From Nitrospirota bacterium (GTDB lineage: Bacteria; Nitrospirota; Thermodesulfovibrionia; Thermodesulfovibrionales; UBA9159), in NCBI GenBank assembly GCA_963699545.1, contig CAVOUE010000003.1, positions 544,001 through 608,000 of the forward strand: DNA of 64,000 bases, written 5' to 3'. The translations under genes were made by a program, and so were the position numbers. Below the pieces are notes generated by a model. It had not been told where the DNA came from. It did no database searches and worked only from the letters and a program-made list of their open reading frames with translations. Positions 1 through 11,400 of the stretch are shown in pieces; position 1 is the first letter of the stretch, and each line of letters starts with the position of its first letter.

Positions 1-932
1 GGCCTCAGTTTTTCGGCATAGGGAAGAAAGTATGCTTCGTGAAACGGCAAGAAGAGCTTCTCTGCACCGAGGACGAACTTGAAGTACATTTTTGTTAAAA
101 TGCTGCGGTCCCGTGCGATGATATCGGCAAAACTGTCTCCCCGCATCATACCAAGCGCCATCTCATTAATCCCGCCGCTGATTTCGACCGCATCAAGTCC
201 GAGTTCAGCGAGACGCCTGGCTGCGGGAAAACTGTCGCTGGGCGTTGTTCCGAAGGGAACAAGGTCACTGATGTTCAGCTTGTAAAAAACTCCAAAATCC
301 GCTCCGACGGCCTTCCGCACAGCATTATAGACTTCTGCAAGGAAACGAAACCTGCGCTCAAAATCGCCGCCCCACTCATCCCGCCTGCGATTTGTCAAGG
401 GCGACAGAAAGCTCGAGATGAGATACCCGTGTGCGCCGTGAATCTGGACCGCGTCAAAGCCTGCCTCTTTAACGCGGGCAGCGGCATCTCCGAAGTCCTG
501 TATCGTCCGGAGGATTTCCGCCTCAGTCATCCGCCTGGGCATGGTGAAATAAACGAGATCAGGGGTCGCTGAAGGAGCCACAGATTTGCGGCCTCCCAGT
601 GCCCGGGCCTTTATCTGTCTGCCGCCGTGTGCGATCTGCATGGCGATCGTGCCACCCAGTTCATGCACCCCATCGGTGATCCTGCGCCATTCCGGGACTG
701 CCCTGTCTATATGAATTCCGCTCTGCAACGGAAAGGACTGGCCGGTTTTGTTCACATAGGCATAGCCGGTGATGATCAGACCTGTGCCTCCCTGGGCCAA
801 ACGCCCATAGAACAGCCGGGTCTCATCAGTGGGCAGCCCTTCCAGCGTTGCCATGTTCTCAAGAGTGGCAGACTTGATGACGCGGTTTTTCAAGGCGATT
901 CCCTTGAGAGTAAAAGGGGTGAACAGTTTCAA
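1..932 (-). CDS. NADH:flavin oxidoreductase (old yellow enzyme family), runs off the window start
   Basis: Manual minus-strand translation from TTG at 932 (RBS AGGAG): LKLFTPFTLKGIALKNRVIKSATLE...AGFDAVQIHGAHGYLISSFLSPLTNRRRDEWGG. Confidence 0.9.
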   Translation of the reverse strand, partial: MKLFTPFTLKGIALKNRVIKSATLENMATLEGLPTDETRLFYGRLAQGGTGLIITGYAYVNKTGQSFPLQSGIHIDRAVPEWRRITDGVHELGGTIAMQIAHGGRQIKARALGGRKSVAPSATPDLVYFTMPRRMTEAEILRTIQDFGDAAARVKEAGFDAVQIHGAHGYLISSFLSPLTNRRRDEWGGDFERRFRFLAEVYNAVRKAVGADFGVFYKLNISDLVPFGTTPSDSFPAARRLAELGLDAVEISGGINEMALGMMRGDSFADIIARDRSILTKMYFKFVLGAEKLFLPFHEAYFLPYAEKLR

Positions 933-1266
933 TGTGTTATCTCCTCTCCTTTGTGCGGGTAGCTGGCCCTCATGATGACCGAAGAGTGAACGCGCGCGTG
1001 AAATAAAAAGACACGACGCTTGCATCAGAAATGGTCTTACCGAAAATTATCCCCCTTAATCGCATTCTATAACAAGGACAGGCGGTATGCAAGAACTCTC
1101 TTTCTCCATGACTTTTTTACAGGTCTCTGGTAAACTTTCATGAAAATACAAACAGGGATCAGGGGACCCAGGATTCAAGTGTTTGACTTTGCAAGAAATG
1201 CCTAAGCCCAAGGCCTTTATTCCTCAATCACCCGACCCCTCGAATCCTTGCAGCCTTATATCGAAT

Positions 1267-2623
1267 ATGATATACAACGATACAATTAATTACCTCTACC
1301 GCCTTCAGAAACACGGCATCAAGCTGGGGCTGGATAATACCAATAGGCTTTTGTCCCTCCTTGGCAATCCCCAGAACTCCTTTCGAGCGATCCACATCGC
1401 CGGCACCAATGGCAAGGGCTCCACTTCTGCCATGATAGCGTCTGTTTTGAAGACCGCCGGCTATAAGGTGGGCCTTTTCACGTTCTCCGCATCTCGTCAG
1501 CTTCACAGAGAGAATAAGGGTGGACAATGTCGAGATAGAAGAGGAAGAGGTCGTGGAGCTGACGAAGGAAATAAGAGAGGTCATTGAAAGCGACCAGGGA
1601 TCAGCGGCCGCCGATCAGCGGTCTTTTCTTCCCACGTTCTTCGAGTTCGTCACCGCGATGGGATTTCTTTACTTCAAGAGAAAGGGGGTTGAATGGGGAG
1701 TGGTCGAGACAGGCATGGGGGGAAGGCTTGATGCCACGAACGTCCTTGTCCCTGAAGTGACCGTGGTAACAAACATCAGTTACGATCACAGGGAGTTCCT
1801 TGGCGAGACGTTGAAAGAGATCGCCGGAGAAAAGGCAGGGATAATAAAGAAGGGCATTCCTGTGGTCTCTTCAGCCCAGGAGCCTGGCGCCATGGAAGCG
1901 GTCAGCGGGAAGGCTGCAGAGCAGGGGACCGAACTTTTTGTCTATGGGGAAGACTTTATCTCACGCCCGAAGCACATGGATATGTATGGCATCACCTTTG
2001 ACTATGAAGGGAAGGAAAGGATGGCAGACCTTTATGTGCCTCTTTGTGGAATGCATCAACTGGAGAACGCATCAGTCGCCGTAAAGGCCTTGGAACTCTT
2101 GAGAGAAAAAGAATCTGTTCCGCCTCACTGTGTCAGGGAAGGGCTGGCTCGTACGAGATGGCAGGGGAGGCTGGAGCTCATCAGGAACGAGGAGTGCAAC
2201 TACGACTTTCTCATCGATGGCGCTCATAACCCCAATGCATCAAGGGCCCTTGCCGTCTCCCTGGAACGGTATTTTATTTCTCCCTATCAAACGATCATTC
2301 TCATTCTTGGAATAATGGCTGACAAAGATGCGGAAGGGATAATGAAGCCCCTTTTGCCCCTTGCATCAGAGATAATCTTTACCGCTCCTGCTTATGAAAG
2401 GGCTGCCCCTCCTCAAAAGCTCTCTGAATATGCGGGGAGTCTCGGGTTTCGATCGAGAATCGCGGAGCCGGTGAAGGCCTCTATCGAGCTTGCGAAAGGA
2501 ATGGCGGGAGAAAGCACCGGGAAGGCCCTTATCGTTATTACCGGTTCCTTTTATACTGTCGGCGAAGCAAAATTGCATCTTGGAGAAGAATGTCATTCGC
2601 CTTCCCTGGCGAGGCTGAGATGA
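1267..2623 (+). CDS. folC: Folylpolyglutamate synthase/dihydrofolate synthase (1-nt frameshift near 1483)
   Basis: GIKLGL, HIAGTNGKGST, ETGMGGRLDATN and DGAHN motifs; the FTSPHL motif is split by an extra T. Confidence 0.92.
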
Positions 2624-4629
2624 CCACAAGAATAACGTTCAACGTTGTGGTTTTTGCTCTCTGCTCTCTGTTCTTTGCTCTTTGCCTCCACTTCCTGGCT
2701 ACTCCCTCTTTTGGAGCCGAGAGCACGACGATCGATTCAGACAGCCTTGACTACGACGGTGAGACATCTACCTACACCGCAAAGGGCCACGTGAAGATCA
2801 GGAAGGGTACGACAACGGTCGATGCCGATGAAATGATATATAACGACGAGACCTCAGAACTCAATGCTGAGGGCAATGTCGTCTATGGGGACTCTGATGT
2901 GAGGATCAAGGCGAAGAAGGCTGATTTGAACCTTGAAGACAAAACCGGGACACTTTACGAAGCAGAGGTTTTTTCGAAGAAGGACAATTTTCATGTCAAT
3001 GGTGTCGAAATTGAGAAGACAGGGGAAAAGCAATACAAGCTGAGAAACGCATCATTCACCACCTGCGACGCACCCTTGCCTGCCTGGTGCTTCAGGGGCT
3101 CCGATGTCGATCTTATTATGGGTGACAGGCTGAAGGCCAGGAATGTGACATTCGATATAAAAGGTCAGCCGGTATTTTATTCCCCCTATATCTCGGCCGG
3201 CCTGGGCAAAGAAAGAAAGACGGGTTTCTTGATCCCCACTGCAGGGTTTGTGAAAGGGAAGGGCATTCACTATGAGCAGCCTTTTTTCTGGGCCATCTCT
3301 GACACCAAAGATGCCACCCTGATCTTTGATACTTTCACCAAGAGGGGTGTGGGTGAGGGACTTGAATACCGTTTTGTTGAGCCTGATGGCTCCAAGGGCA
3401 CCCTCTGGACGTATCACCTCAGGGATAACGAACTGAGCAAGGATTTCTGGGATATCAGAGGGACTTATGACAGGGACCGTGACGCCAGGATCACCGCTTA
3501 TCTTGACATCAACTATATAAACTCAAGTCAGTTCTACCAGGAATACGACCCCTTTCTTATGAGCAGGGGCAAGAAGTTCATGGACCCGGCATCGTATCTG
3601 ACCGTCAGTACAGGGAGATTCCTCGAATCCACGGGAGAGCTTTCCACGAGGTTTGACAACTCAAGACTTTTTCTGGCGTCCCAGTACCTCGTGGATCTGA
3701 AAGTGGGGGTAGACCAATCTACCATTGTGCAAATGCTCCCTGAATTGGGATATTTCATAAACCCCCGGAATGTAGGTCCGGTGGTTTTCTCCTTCTCTTC
3801 AACCCTTTCGAACTTCTGGAGGGAGAACGGCACTTTGGGACAGAGGCTTGATCTCTACCCGAGGTTCTCCTATGCTTTCGGAAGTGATCTTATTGTCAAT
3901 CAGTCACTCGGGCTGCGGGGAACCGCATATTCCCTGTCGGATAGTGGTGACTTTGGCAGATCACCACACAGGGAAAGCCTTGACTATACTGTTTCGGCCC
4001 AGACAAGGCTGACGAGAAGATACGATTCGTTCATACATATCCTGGAACCCTCTCTGGGGTATACGTTCATTCCTGACGCTGAATCGAACCTGCCCCTCAT
4101 CGACTCCACCGAGCTTTACACAAAAACCTCGACGATCTCGGCTTCTCTCCTGAACAGGTTCCTAGACAGCCAGGGAGAGTTCTTGACCGTAAGGATAACC
4201 CAGCCCTTTGATTCATACCAGGGAGATCGTCCCTTCCTTCCCCTGAAGATGCAGGCGGCTCTCCACAGACCCGTGGCTCTCCGGGGAGAGGTATCCTACG
4301 ATGTGAACACAGGGAGGGTTGAGGCGGTCAATTCAGACGTCTCTTTCACTTTGCCTTCCCAAATGACCCTCAACCTGGGGGAAAGGTACAACAGGACCGG
4401 GGATATACTCTTTTATACGGTGGGGATGAATTACTCTTTCTCGAAAGAAATATCGGCACAGACAAATTTCTGGTATGATGCGAAGAGCGGCGACCTCAAC
4501 GATCTTATGGCAAAAGTGACATACCAGAAGCAGTGCTGGGGTGTGAGCATGGTCTTCACCAAGAGGCCGCAAGACTACAGCATATCCGTGCTTTTTGACC
4601 TCCTCGGCCTCGGCACAATAAAACTATGA
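2620..4629 (+). CDS. lptD: LPS-assembly protein LptD
   Basis: Signal peptide, OstA-like N-domain (ASFTTCD...W), beta-barrel ending FDLLGLG; ATGA overlap with folC. Confidence 0.85.
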   Translation: MTTRITFNVVVFALCSLFFALCLHFLATPSFGAESTTIDSDSLDYDGETSTYTAKGHVKIRKGTTTVDADEMIYNDETSELNAEGNVVYGDSDVRIKAKKADLNLEDKTGTLYEAEVFSKKDNFHVNGVEIEKTGEKQYKLRNASFTTCDAPLPAWCFRGSDVDLIMGDRLKARNVTFDIKGQPVFYSPYISAGLGKERKTGFLIPTAGFVKGKGIHYEQPFFWAISDTKDATLIFDTFTKRGVGEGLEYRFVEPDGSKGTLWTYHLRDNELSKDFWDIRGTYDRDRDARITAYLDINYINSSQFYQEYDPFLMSRGKKFMDPASYLTVSTGRFLESTGELSTRFDNSRLFLASQYLVDLKVGVDQSTIVQMLPELGYFINPRNVGPVVFSFSSTLSNFWRENGTLGQRLDLYPRFSYAFGSDLIVNQSLGLRGTAYSLSDSGDFGRSPHRESLDYTVSAQTRLTRRYDSFIHILEPSLGYTFIPDAESNLPLIDSTELYTKTSTISASLLNRFLDSQGEFLTVRITQPFDSYQGDRPFLPLKMQAALHRPVALRGEVSYDVNTGRVEAVNSDVSFTLPSQMTLNLGERYNRTGDILFYTVGMNYSFSKEISAQTNFWYDAKSGDLNDLMAKVTYQKQCWGVSMVFTKRPQDYSISVLFDLLGLGTIKL

Positions 4630-5157
4630 TTTTGACTGGAGCTCGCTGATCAGACTCTCCACTTTCTGCACCGTCTCGGGAATAAACGTCCTGTCAGCTT
4701 CTATGAGGAGCTCCGGGTTCAGGGGCTCTTCGTAGGGTGCAGAGATGCCGGGAACAGGCCATCCGGCCTCTCCTTTCTTATAGATGTCCCTGGGTGCCCC
4801 GTGGGTCTGAAGGCGTTCCCTTTCCCTCAGCATGCAGAGCTCGACGGGACACTTCAGGTAGACCTCTCCATATTTTGGAATGTGCTGCCTTGCCAGAGCC
4901 CTCCACTTTCTGAGATTCCCCGTGGCGTCGATCATCACGTTGTGGCCGTTTTCTACCAGAGCGGAGGCAGTGTATACAAGACACCGGTACACGATATCCC
5001 TTTCTTCTTCAGAATAGGTCGGTTCGGGGGTAACGATCTTTCTGATATCGTCCATTCGGAGAACGATAAAATCCGGATGGCGCCTTTTTATCTCTTCCGC
5101 AATGGTGCTCTTCCCGCTTCCCGGCATGCCGGTCAACCAGATTGCAAGAGGAATCAT
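4624..5157 (-). CDS. cysC: Adenylylsulfate kinase-like P-loop kinase
   Basis: IWLTGMPGSGKST and PGISAPYEEPLNPEL. Confidence 0.7.
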   Translation of the reverse strand: MIPLAIWLTGMPGSGKSTIAEEIKRRHPDFIVLRMDDIRKIVTPEPTYSEEERDIVYRCLVYTASALVENGHNVMIDATGNLRKWRALARQHIPKYGEVYLKCPVELCMLRERERLQTHGAPRDIYKKGEAGWPVPGISAPYEEPLNPELLIEADRTFIPETVQKVESLISELQSKS

Positions 5158-5251
5158 ACTTGAAGTTTATCACAAGAAAGGGGATGTTGTGGGAGTGGGA
5201 TCCGCCCGAACCGAGGCAAGGTACAAGAGCAGCTTCAGATCGTTGAAAGAC

Positions 5252-6805
5252 TCAGAGCAATATCTGGTTTTCCTTAGACCTTGACTCGCCGACGCTGGTC
5301 ACGTAGATCGCGGGCTGGCCGACCACCGGACATTTTGTCTCGCATATGCCGCACCCGATGCAGAGCTCAAGATCAACCCTGGGCTGTTTCACGACCTTCT
5401 CTTTCCCCCTCCTGTCCTTTACCTTCGCCTCCTCAAACCATATGGCCTTCTTCGGGGTGGGACAAACCTCTTCACATACTATACACGGCGTTGCATGGGC
5501 GTAAGGCAGGCATCTCCCCTTGTCGATCATCGCCAGTCCTATCTTCACCTTTGTCTTGTCCTTTAGCTCAAGCTTTTTGATAGCGCCTGTGGGGCAGACC
5601 TGGCCGCAGAGGGTGCAGCGGTACTCGCAGTATCCCATCCTCGGAACGAGCACGGGCGACCATATCCCTTCAATGCCCGCTTCAAGGAGCGTCGGCTGAA
5701 GTCCGTTGGTAATACATACCTTCATGCACTCACCGCATTTGACGCATCTCCTGAGGAATGCGTTCTCTTCGAGGGAGCCCGGCGGCCTTATTAATTGCGG
5801 GTTCGAAAAGCCCGGTTTGGAAAGGGGGACAGATTTCAGAAGGGGAACGGCAATGATTCCTGAGAGAGCAGCGGTGATGACCCTCCTTCGCCCCAGATCC
5901 ATAGATGCGGCGGCTTTCTTCTGAGAAAATCCGAAACTCACAGCATTCTGGGGACAGACGTCATCACAGTTCCAACAATAGAGACATTCGGTGTCTCTCC
6001 ATTCCCCTTTCCTGTCAGGCGATGCCTTTCCCTGACAGACCGGGGCACACGCCCCGCATGAGGTGCACCCTTCGCTCACTGACCTCTTCAAGAGAGAGAA
6101 TCTCGAAAGAATACCGAGAAGGGCCCCAAGGGGACAGAGATATCTGCACCAGAAACGCCTTTCCACAAGGTTCAGCGCCAGGATACCAAAAAAGAGGATC
6201 CCGATGAATATGCTCTGCCTGTAAAAGGGCTGCTGGAAGGAGAGGACGCTCTTTTTCAGTAAGGCGTAGAGGGATTCTGAAACGTCCACGACACCCCGGA
6301 TATTGAGGTCGTAAAGGGAGTCAAAGAAAGCCCTGACGCCGTAATTAAAGAGCGGAGATACACTAACCGAGAATGACCGGATGAGCAGGGACAGGGGATC
6401 CATTATGCCCACCAGTTGGAGCGTAAAGAGAGAGGACAAGAGGATGAATATCAGCACATAATACTTTGCCCTGTACCAGTTTTCGCTCATCCCGGCAAGG
6501 CGCACTTTTTTCAGCGCGCCGATCATATTATGGAGAGTGCCCAGGGGACAAGCCCATCCGCAAAATACCCTTCCCAGAAGCACCGTGGCAATAACAAGGG
6601 CGATGGAGAGATAAAAAGCCTTTGCAGCGGCATGGGCGGAAAGGATAGTCGTGCTTAAGATGAGAGGATCAAAATCCAGGAATATCTTGACCGGATAACC
6701 GAGCGCATCATTTCCCTTTGACTCTGTCTGTACAAAGAGAAAAAGGAATATAAGTAAGAATATCCCCTGTGAAATCCTTCTAAAATTCTTCAGTGAGTAC
6801 TTCAG
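5252..6805 (-). CDS. Membrane-bound 4Fe-4S polyferredoxin (NapH/MauN-like fused to NapG/MauM-like)
   Basis: GRVFCGWACPLG, RFWCRYLCPLG and several CxxCxxCxxxCP motifs; frame stays open upstream of 6583 to a CTG at 6805 (LKYSLKNFRRISQGIFL...). Confidence 0.85.
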   Translation of the reverse strand: MKYSLKNFRRISQGIFLLIFLFLFVQTESKGNDALGYPVKIFLDFDPLILSTTILSAHAAAKAFYLSIALVIATVLLGRVFCGWACPLGTLHNMIGALKKVRLAGMSENWYRAKYYVLIFILLSSLFTLQLVGIMDPLSLLIRSFSVSVSPLFNYGVRAFFDSLYDLNIRGVVDVSESLYALLKKSVLSFQQPFYRQSIFIGILFFGILALNLVERRFWCRYLCPLGALLGILSRFSLLKRSVSEGCTSCGACAPVCQGKASPDRKGEWRDTECLYCWNCDDVCPQNAVSFGFSQKKAAASMDLGRRRVITAALSGIIAVPLLKSVPLSKPGFSNPQLIRPPGSLEENAFLRRCVKCGECMKVCITNGLQPTLLEAGIEGIWSPVLVPRMGYCEYRCTLCGQVCPTGAIKKLELKDKTKVKIGLAMIDKGRCLPYAHATPCIVCEEVCPTPKKAIWFEEAKVKDRRGKEKVVKQPRVDLELCIGCGICETKCPVVGQPAIYVTSVGESRSKENQILL

Positions 6806-7701
6806 ACGTTTATCTTCCTGACCTTCAGTTTCGTGAGGTCCATGACACCGAGACCCATTTTGTCACCTGTCTTCACAAACCCGAGGTCGCTCCCCTTCAT
6901 CCCGAAAAGGGTGGCGCCGTATGAGTCCACCGCCACCTGATCGATCCCGACGACCACGGTGTCCGTCTTCTTTACGTCCTTCAGGTCCCCGCCCTGGGGG
7001 CCATTGGCAGTGAGGATCCGGACTGCATCAAGGACAGTGAGAGTGGGCTTGATGACCAAGCTGAGGTCAACAAGGCTTTCATTCAGCCGCTGGTGGATGC
7101 TGTTCCTTCTTCCTCCCATTATCCCCATCCAGTTCTTCATCGCCATGGTGAGGATGGAGAGGCTGTGATGTTTTGCGATGGGGATGTTGATAACCTTGTC
7201 TGCTTCGAATATCTCGGCATACAGGGGCCATGTCTTAAGGGCCTCTCCATTGATCTTTATCTCCTTGAATTTTCTTTCGTCGACATAACTGACCTCTGCA
7301 CCCAAAGCAGATGCTGCCGGCGCAATGCCGCTCTGAACGTAACACCGCCTGGGGTCGTTCACCGGCCGGTCAAATACCTTTACCTTCTTGGCCCCTGCCT
7401 CGAAGCAGAGCTTTACTACCGTTGCCACTACGTCAGGGTTGGTATTGGCTGCCTGCTCCGGAAGCCTGTCCCACCCCATGTTCGGTTTTATCACCACCAC
7501 GTCGCCCCTGGAGATGAATCGCTTCATGCCTCCCATGACGTCAATGGCAGCCCTGGTGATCATTGCAGGAGAAGGGCCATGAGCCACCGCCAGGTCGATC
7601 TTCTCATAAGCCTCTGCAAAAGGAATAAGCCCGTCCATTCGTGTAACCGAAAGCCCGAGACCGCTCATTGCGGCCAGTTTCAAGAACTCTCTCCGGTCCA
7701 T
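6802..7701 (-). CDS. DUF362-domain Fe-S protein with Tat signal
   Basis: MDRREFLK twin-arginine motif; VVIKPN, TNPDVV, AKHH...MKNWMG. Confidence 0.85.
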   Translation of the reverse strand: MDRREFLKLAAMSGLGLSVTRMDGLIPFAEAYEKIDLAVAHGPSPAMITRAAIDVMGGMKRFISRGDVVVIKPNMGWDRLPEQAANTNPDVVATVVKLCFEAGAKKVKVFDRPVNDPRRCYVQSGIAPAASALGAEVSYVDERKFKEIKINGEALKTWPLYAEIFEADKVINIPIAKHHSLSILTMAMKNWMGIMGGRRNSIHQRLNESLVDLSLVIKPTLTVLDAVRILTANGPQGGDLKDVKKTDTVVVGIDQVAVDSYGATLFGMKGSDLGFVKTGDKMGLGVMDLTKLKVRKINV

Positions 7702-8013
7702 ATCGATCCTTTTCCTTCACTGTTCCGGATGATCTGCCGGGACGTATTCGGTAATTTCCCCGATAATAAGTACCGCAGCATCCGTAAAGTGCACAGATTC
7801 CCCTTCTTGTATATTAAGAGATAAAAGGGGACACTTGTCAATCCAGGCTGTGGCGGATGCTTTCTCTCTCCCGGGATATCGTGAAAAAATGTGCTTGTGG
7901 GACGCCGCCCCTTTATCCGTTCATGGACCAGCATCATTGGCTAGGTGAAGCGGGAGTGTCTGAAAATCTGGTAAAATAATAGAAAGATGAAAAGCGGGGG
8001 ATACGGTTGAAGA

Positions 8014-8328
8014 ATGAGCAGGGATGGGTCAAAGACAGAGGGAGATGTTGAGGTAAGGACGAGGCGGGAAGTGAAGAGCCCTGCACTATACAGGGTTCTT
8101 CTCCTGAACGATGACTATACCTCCATGGATTTTGTGGTCCGGGTTCTGGAGATCGTTTTTCACAAGCCGCCTGCAGAGGCAACACAGATCATGCTCAATG
8201 TCCATAAAAAGGGCGCCGGGGTGTGCGGGGTGTATACCCGGGACATTGCAGAGACCAAGGTTTCAACGGTGCATGAGCTTGCCCGCGGGAAGGGATTCCC
8301 CCTCATGTGCATCATGGAGAAAGAATGA
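8014..8328 (+). CDS. clpS: Clp protease adaptor ClpS
   Basis: YRVLLLNDDYTSMDFVV...MLNVHKKG...AETKV. Confidence 0.95.
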   Translation: MSRDGSKTEGDVEVRTRREVKSPALYRVLLLNDDYTSMDFVVRVLEIVFHKPPAEATQIMLNVHKKGAGVCGVYTRDIAETKVSTVHELARGKGFPLMCIMEKE

Positions 8329-10581
8329 TCGGTAAGGAACTGGAATTAACATTGGAGGCCACGGTGCGGGATGCAAGGGCGCGCAACCACGAGTATCTCA
8401 CGGTGGAACATATTCTCTTCGCTGTTGTCCACGACGAACTGGGCGTGGAGATCATTACCCGTTGTGGGGGAAGTGTCTCACAAGTCAAGTCTTCCCTCGA
8501 GGGAATTTTTTGTGCGGAACATTCCGACGGTGAATACTGATCCGGCCACATACCCGCAGCCGACCATCGGCTTTCATCGCGTCCTTCAGAGAGCCCTGAA
8601 CCACGTGCAGTCGGCGGAGAAGGAGGAGGCGGATGCCGGAGATGTTCTTGCGGCCATCTTTTATGAGGAAGATTCCCATGCCGTGCATGCGCTCCGTGCA
8701 CAAGGGATCACGCGACTGGATGTCTTGAATTATATCGCTCACGGGATGACAAAGAAACCTGACGAAGGCGGGGCGGAAGAACAGGATGAGAGGCAAGCCT
8801 TTCATCCTGACGGGGAAGAGAAACCGATGGATGATCCCCTGAAGATTTTTGCCGTGGATTTGACGGAGAAGGCGGCACAGGGTGGGATCGATCCTCTGGT
8901 GGGCCGGGAAGGAGAGTTGAAGAGGACCACCCAGGTGCTGAGCAGAAGGAGAAAGAACAATATTGTATTTGTCGGAGAACCGGGAGTGGGGAAGACCGCT
9001 GTTGTGGAGGGGTTGGCCTTAAGGATCCATGGGGGCCTTGTCCCAGACGTGCTGAGAGGGACCAGGATTTTTGCGCTCGATATGGGCGGGCTGCTGGCGG
9101 GGACCAAGTATAGAGGGGACTTTGAAGCTCGCCTGAAGTCAACGATAAAGGGCATCGAAAAGATCCCCGGAGCCATTCTCTTCATCGATGAAATTCACAC
9201 CATTGTGGGAGCGGGTGCGACCAGCGGCGGCTCGCTTGACGCGTCCAATATCTTAAAGCCTGCACTTATTTCGGGAAGGTTGAGATGTATCGGTGCTACG
9301 ACGTACGAGGAGTATAAGAATTATTTTGAAAAGGACAGGGCTCTTTCGCGCCGTTTTCAGAAGATAGAGATCCGGGAGCCCGGCATGGAAGAGACCATCT
9401 CTATCCTGAAAGGGTTGAAGCAATATTATGAAGACTTCCACAGGGTGAGATACACTGACGCCGCCTTGAGGTCTGCGGCAGAGCTCTCCGCAAAATATAT
9501 CAACGACAAGTATCTACCGGATAAGGCCATCGATGTTGTTGACGAGGCGGGGGCATCATTGAAACTCTCTTCCTCCTACACGAGAAAGAAGGTGATCGGT
9601 CCGCGAGAGATCGAAAAGGTGGTCGCGCGGATGGCAAATATCCCATCAAGGACCATCTCCACGTCTGACATGGACAAGCTCAGGGCTCTTGAAGATGAAC
9701 TGAAACGTGTAGTCTTCGGCCAGGACGACGCCATCATCTCACTGGTCTCGTCCATCAAGAGGGCACGATCCGGACTCGGACTTCCGGACAGGCCCATAGG
9801 CTCTTTCCTTTTTACCGGACCCACAGGGGTGGGAAAGACCGAGATATCAAAGCAGATGGCTGCTGTTCTCGGTATCCAGTTCACCCGCTTTGATATGAGC
9901 GAGTACATGGAGAAACACGCTGTTGCACGATTAATAGGGGCGCCGCCCGGGTATGTAGGCTTTGATCAGGGGGGATTATTGACCGATGCTATCCGGAAAC
10001 ATCCGTACAGCATCCTCCTGTTGGACGAGATCGAGAAGGCACATCCTGATATCTTCAGCATTCTCCTTCAGGTGATGGATTATGCCACCCTCACCGACAA
10101 TAGCGGGAGGAAGGCGGATTTCCGCAATGTGATCCTTGTCATGACCTCCAATGCCGCTTCACAGGAGATGGACAGGGATGTCATCGGGTTCGGGGACAGG
10201 AGCATGGATGTCCATGCAAAGGGGAAAACGGAGATTAACAAGCTGTTCAGCCCTGAGTTCAGGAACCGCCTCGATGCCGTTATCACCTTCAGGCCGTTGA
10301 CCCCGGAGATCGTCAAGAAGATAGTGGACAAGTTCGTTATAGAACTGGAAAGTCAGCTTCACGGGAAAAAAGTCAGGATGGTCATCTCCGGTGATGCAAG
10401 GAACTGGCTTGCGGGGAAGGGGTTCGATCCCCGCTATGGAGCGCGGCCTCTGGGAAGGCTCATCCAGACTGAGATTAAGGATGTGTTGTCAGAGGAGATC
10501 CTTTTCGGGAAGCTCGCGAAGGGCGGCCAGGTCCGTATCGATCTGGAGATCGATCACTTAAAGTTCGAGTATGGTGATTGA
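8325..10581 (+). CDS. clpA: Clp protease ATP-binding subunit ClpA (1-nt frameshift near 8501)
   Basis: HEYLTVEHIL N-domain; two AAA modules (GEPGVGKT, GPTGVGKT); RFDMSEYMEKH. Confidence 0.93.
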
Positions 10582-10643
10582 GTCCTGTTGTTGCATCTTT
10601 CCGATGACTGCGGCCAATGACTTCGCGACTGAATGACCGGTCT

Positions 10644-11339
10644 ATGCCTGTCTACAGACTGACGGATGAAATCATTTTCCCTCCTCCTGAATATGCCGAT
10701 GAGGACGGCCTTCTGGCAGTGGGAGGGGATCTCAGTGAAGAACGTCTCCTGCGTGCCTATGCCATGGGCATCTTCCCGTGGTATTCAGAGGATTCCCCGA
10801 TCCTGTGGTGGTCTCCTGATCCCCGCCTTATTCTCATTCCGCAGGAGGTGAGGGTATCGAGAAGTCTGAGGCAGACCATCAAGAAAGGGACGTATGAGGT
10901 GACAATGGACAGGGCCTTTGACCGGGTCGTGAGAAGCTGCGCTGAAGTGCACAGGAAAGACGACGGAAGGACATGGATCACTCAGGATATGTTTGACGCT
11001 TATCGCAGGCTCCATGGTTCAGGGGTTGCCCATTCAGTGGAAAGTTGGTACAAGGGAGAACTGGCGGGAGGGCTTTACGGGGTTGCCCTGGGAGGAGCAT
11101 TTTTCGGGGAGTCCATGTTCGCAAGGAGGACCGATGCGTCAAAGGTTGCCTTTGTGAACCTCGTCCAGCATATCACTCAATGGGGTTTCGAGCTCATTGA
11201 CTGCCAGGTCACCACGAAACACCTTGTGAGTTTAGGCGCAACAAATGTCCCACGGACAAAATTTCTTGAGCTGCTCAAGCATGCGTTACGAAGGCCGACC
11301 CGGCGAGGTATTTGGAAGATCCCTCCCTCTGCCCACTGA
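10644..11339 (+). CDS. aat: Leucyl/phenylalanyl-tRNA--protein transferase
   Basis: GLLAVGGDL, GIFPWY, WWSPDPR, FFGESMF; follows clpS-clpA. Confidence 0.95.
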   Translation: MPVYRLTDEIIFPPPEYADEDGLLAVGGDLSEERLLRAYAMGIFPWYSEDSPILWWSPDPRLILIPQEVRVSRSLRQTIKKGTYEVTMDRAFDRVVRSCAEVHRKDDGRTWITQDMFDAYRRLHGSGVAHSVESWYKGELAGGLYGVALGGAFFGESMFARRTDASKVAFVNLVQHITQWGFELIDCQVTTKHLVSLGATNVPRTKFLELLKHALRRPTRRGIWKIPPSAH

Positions 11340-11400
11340 CTGAGTGAGAGAGAGGAGGGGGAAGAGATTCCTCAAAAACTTTTCGCTGCATTGAACGGCT

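Noticed and set aside
8495-8512. Programmed frameshift in clpA, and similarly folC and dapA
   Set aside because: No such recoding is established for these genes; the pattern matches the window-wide indel errors
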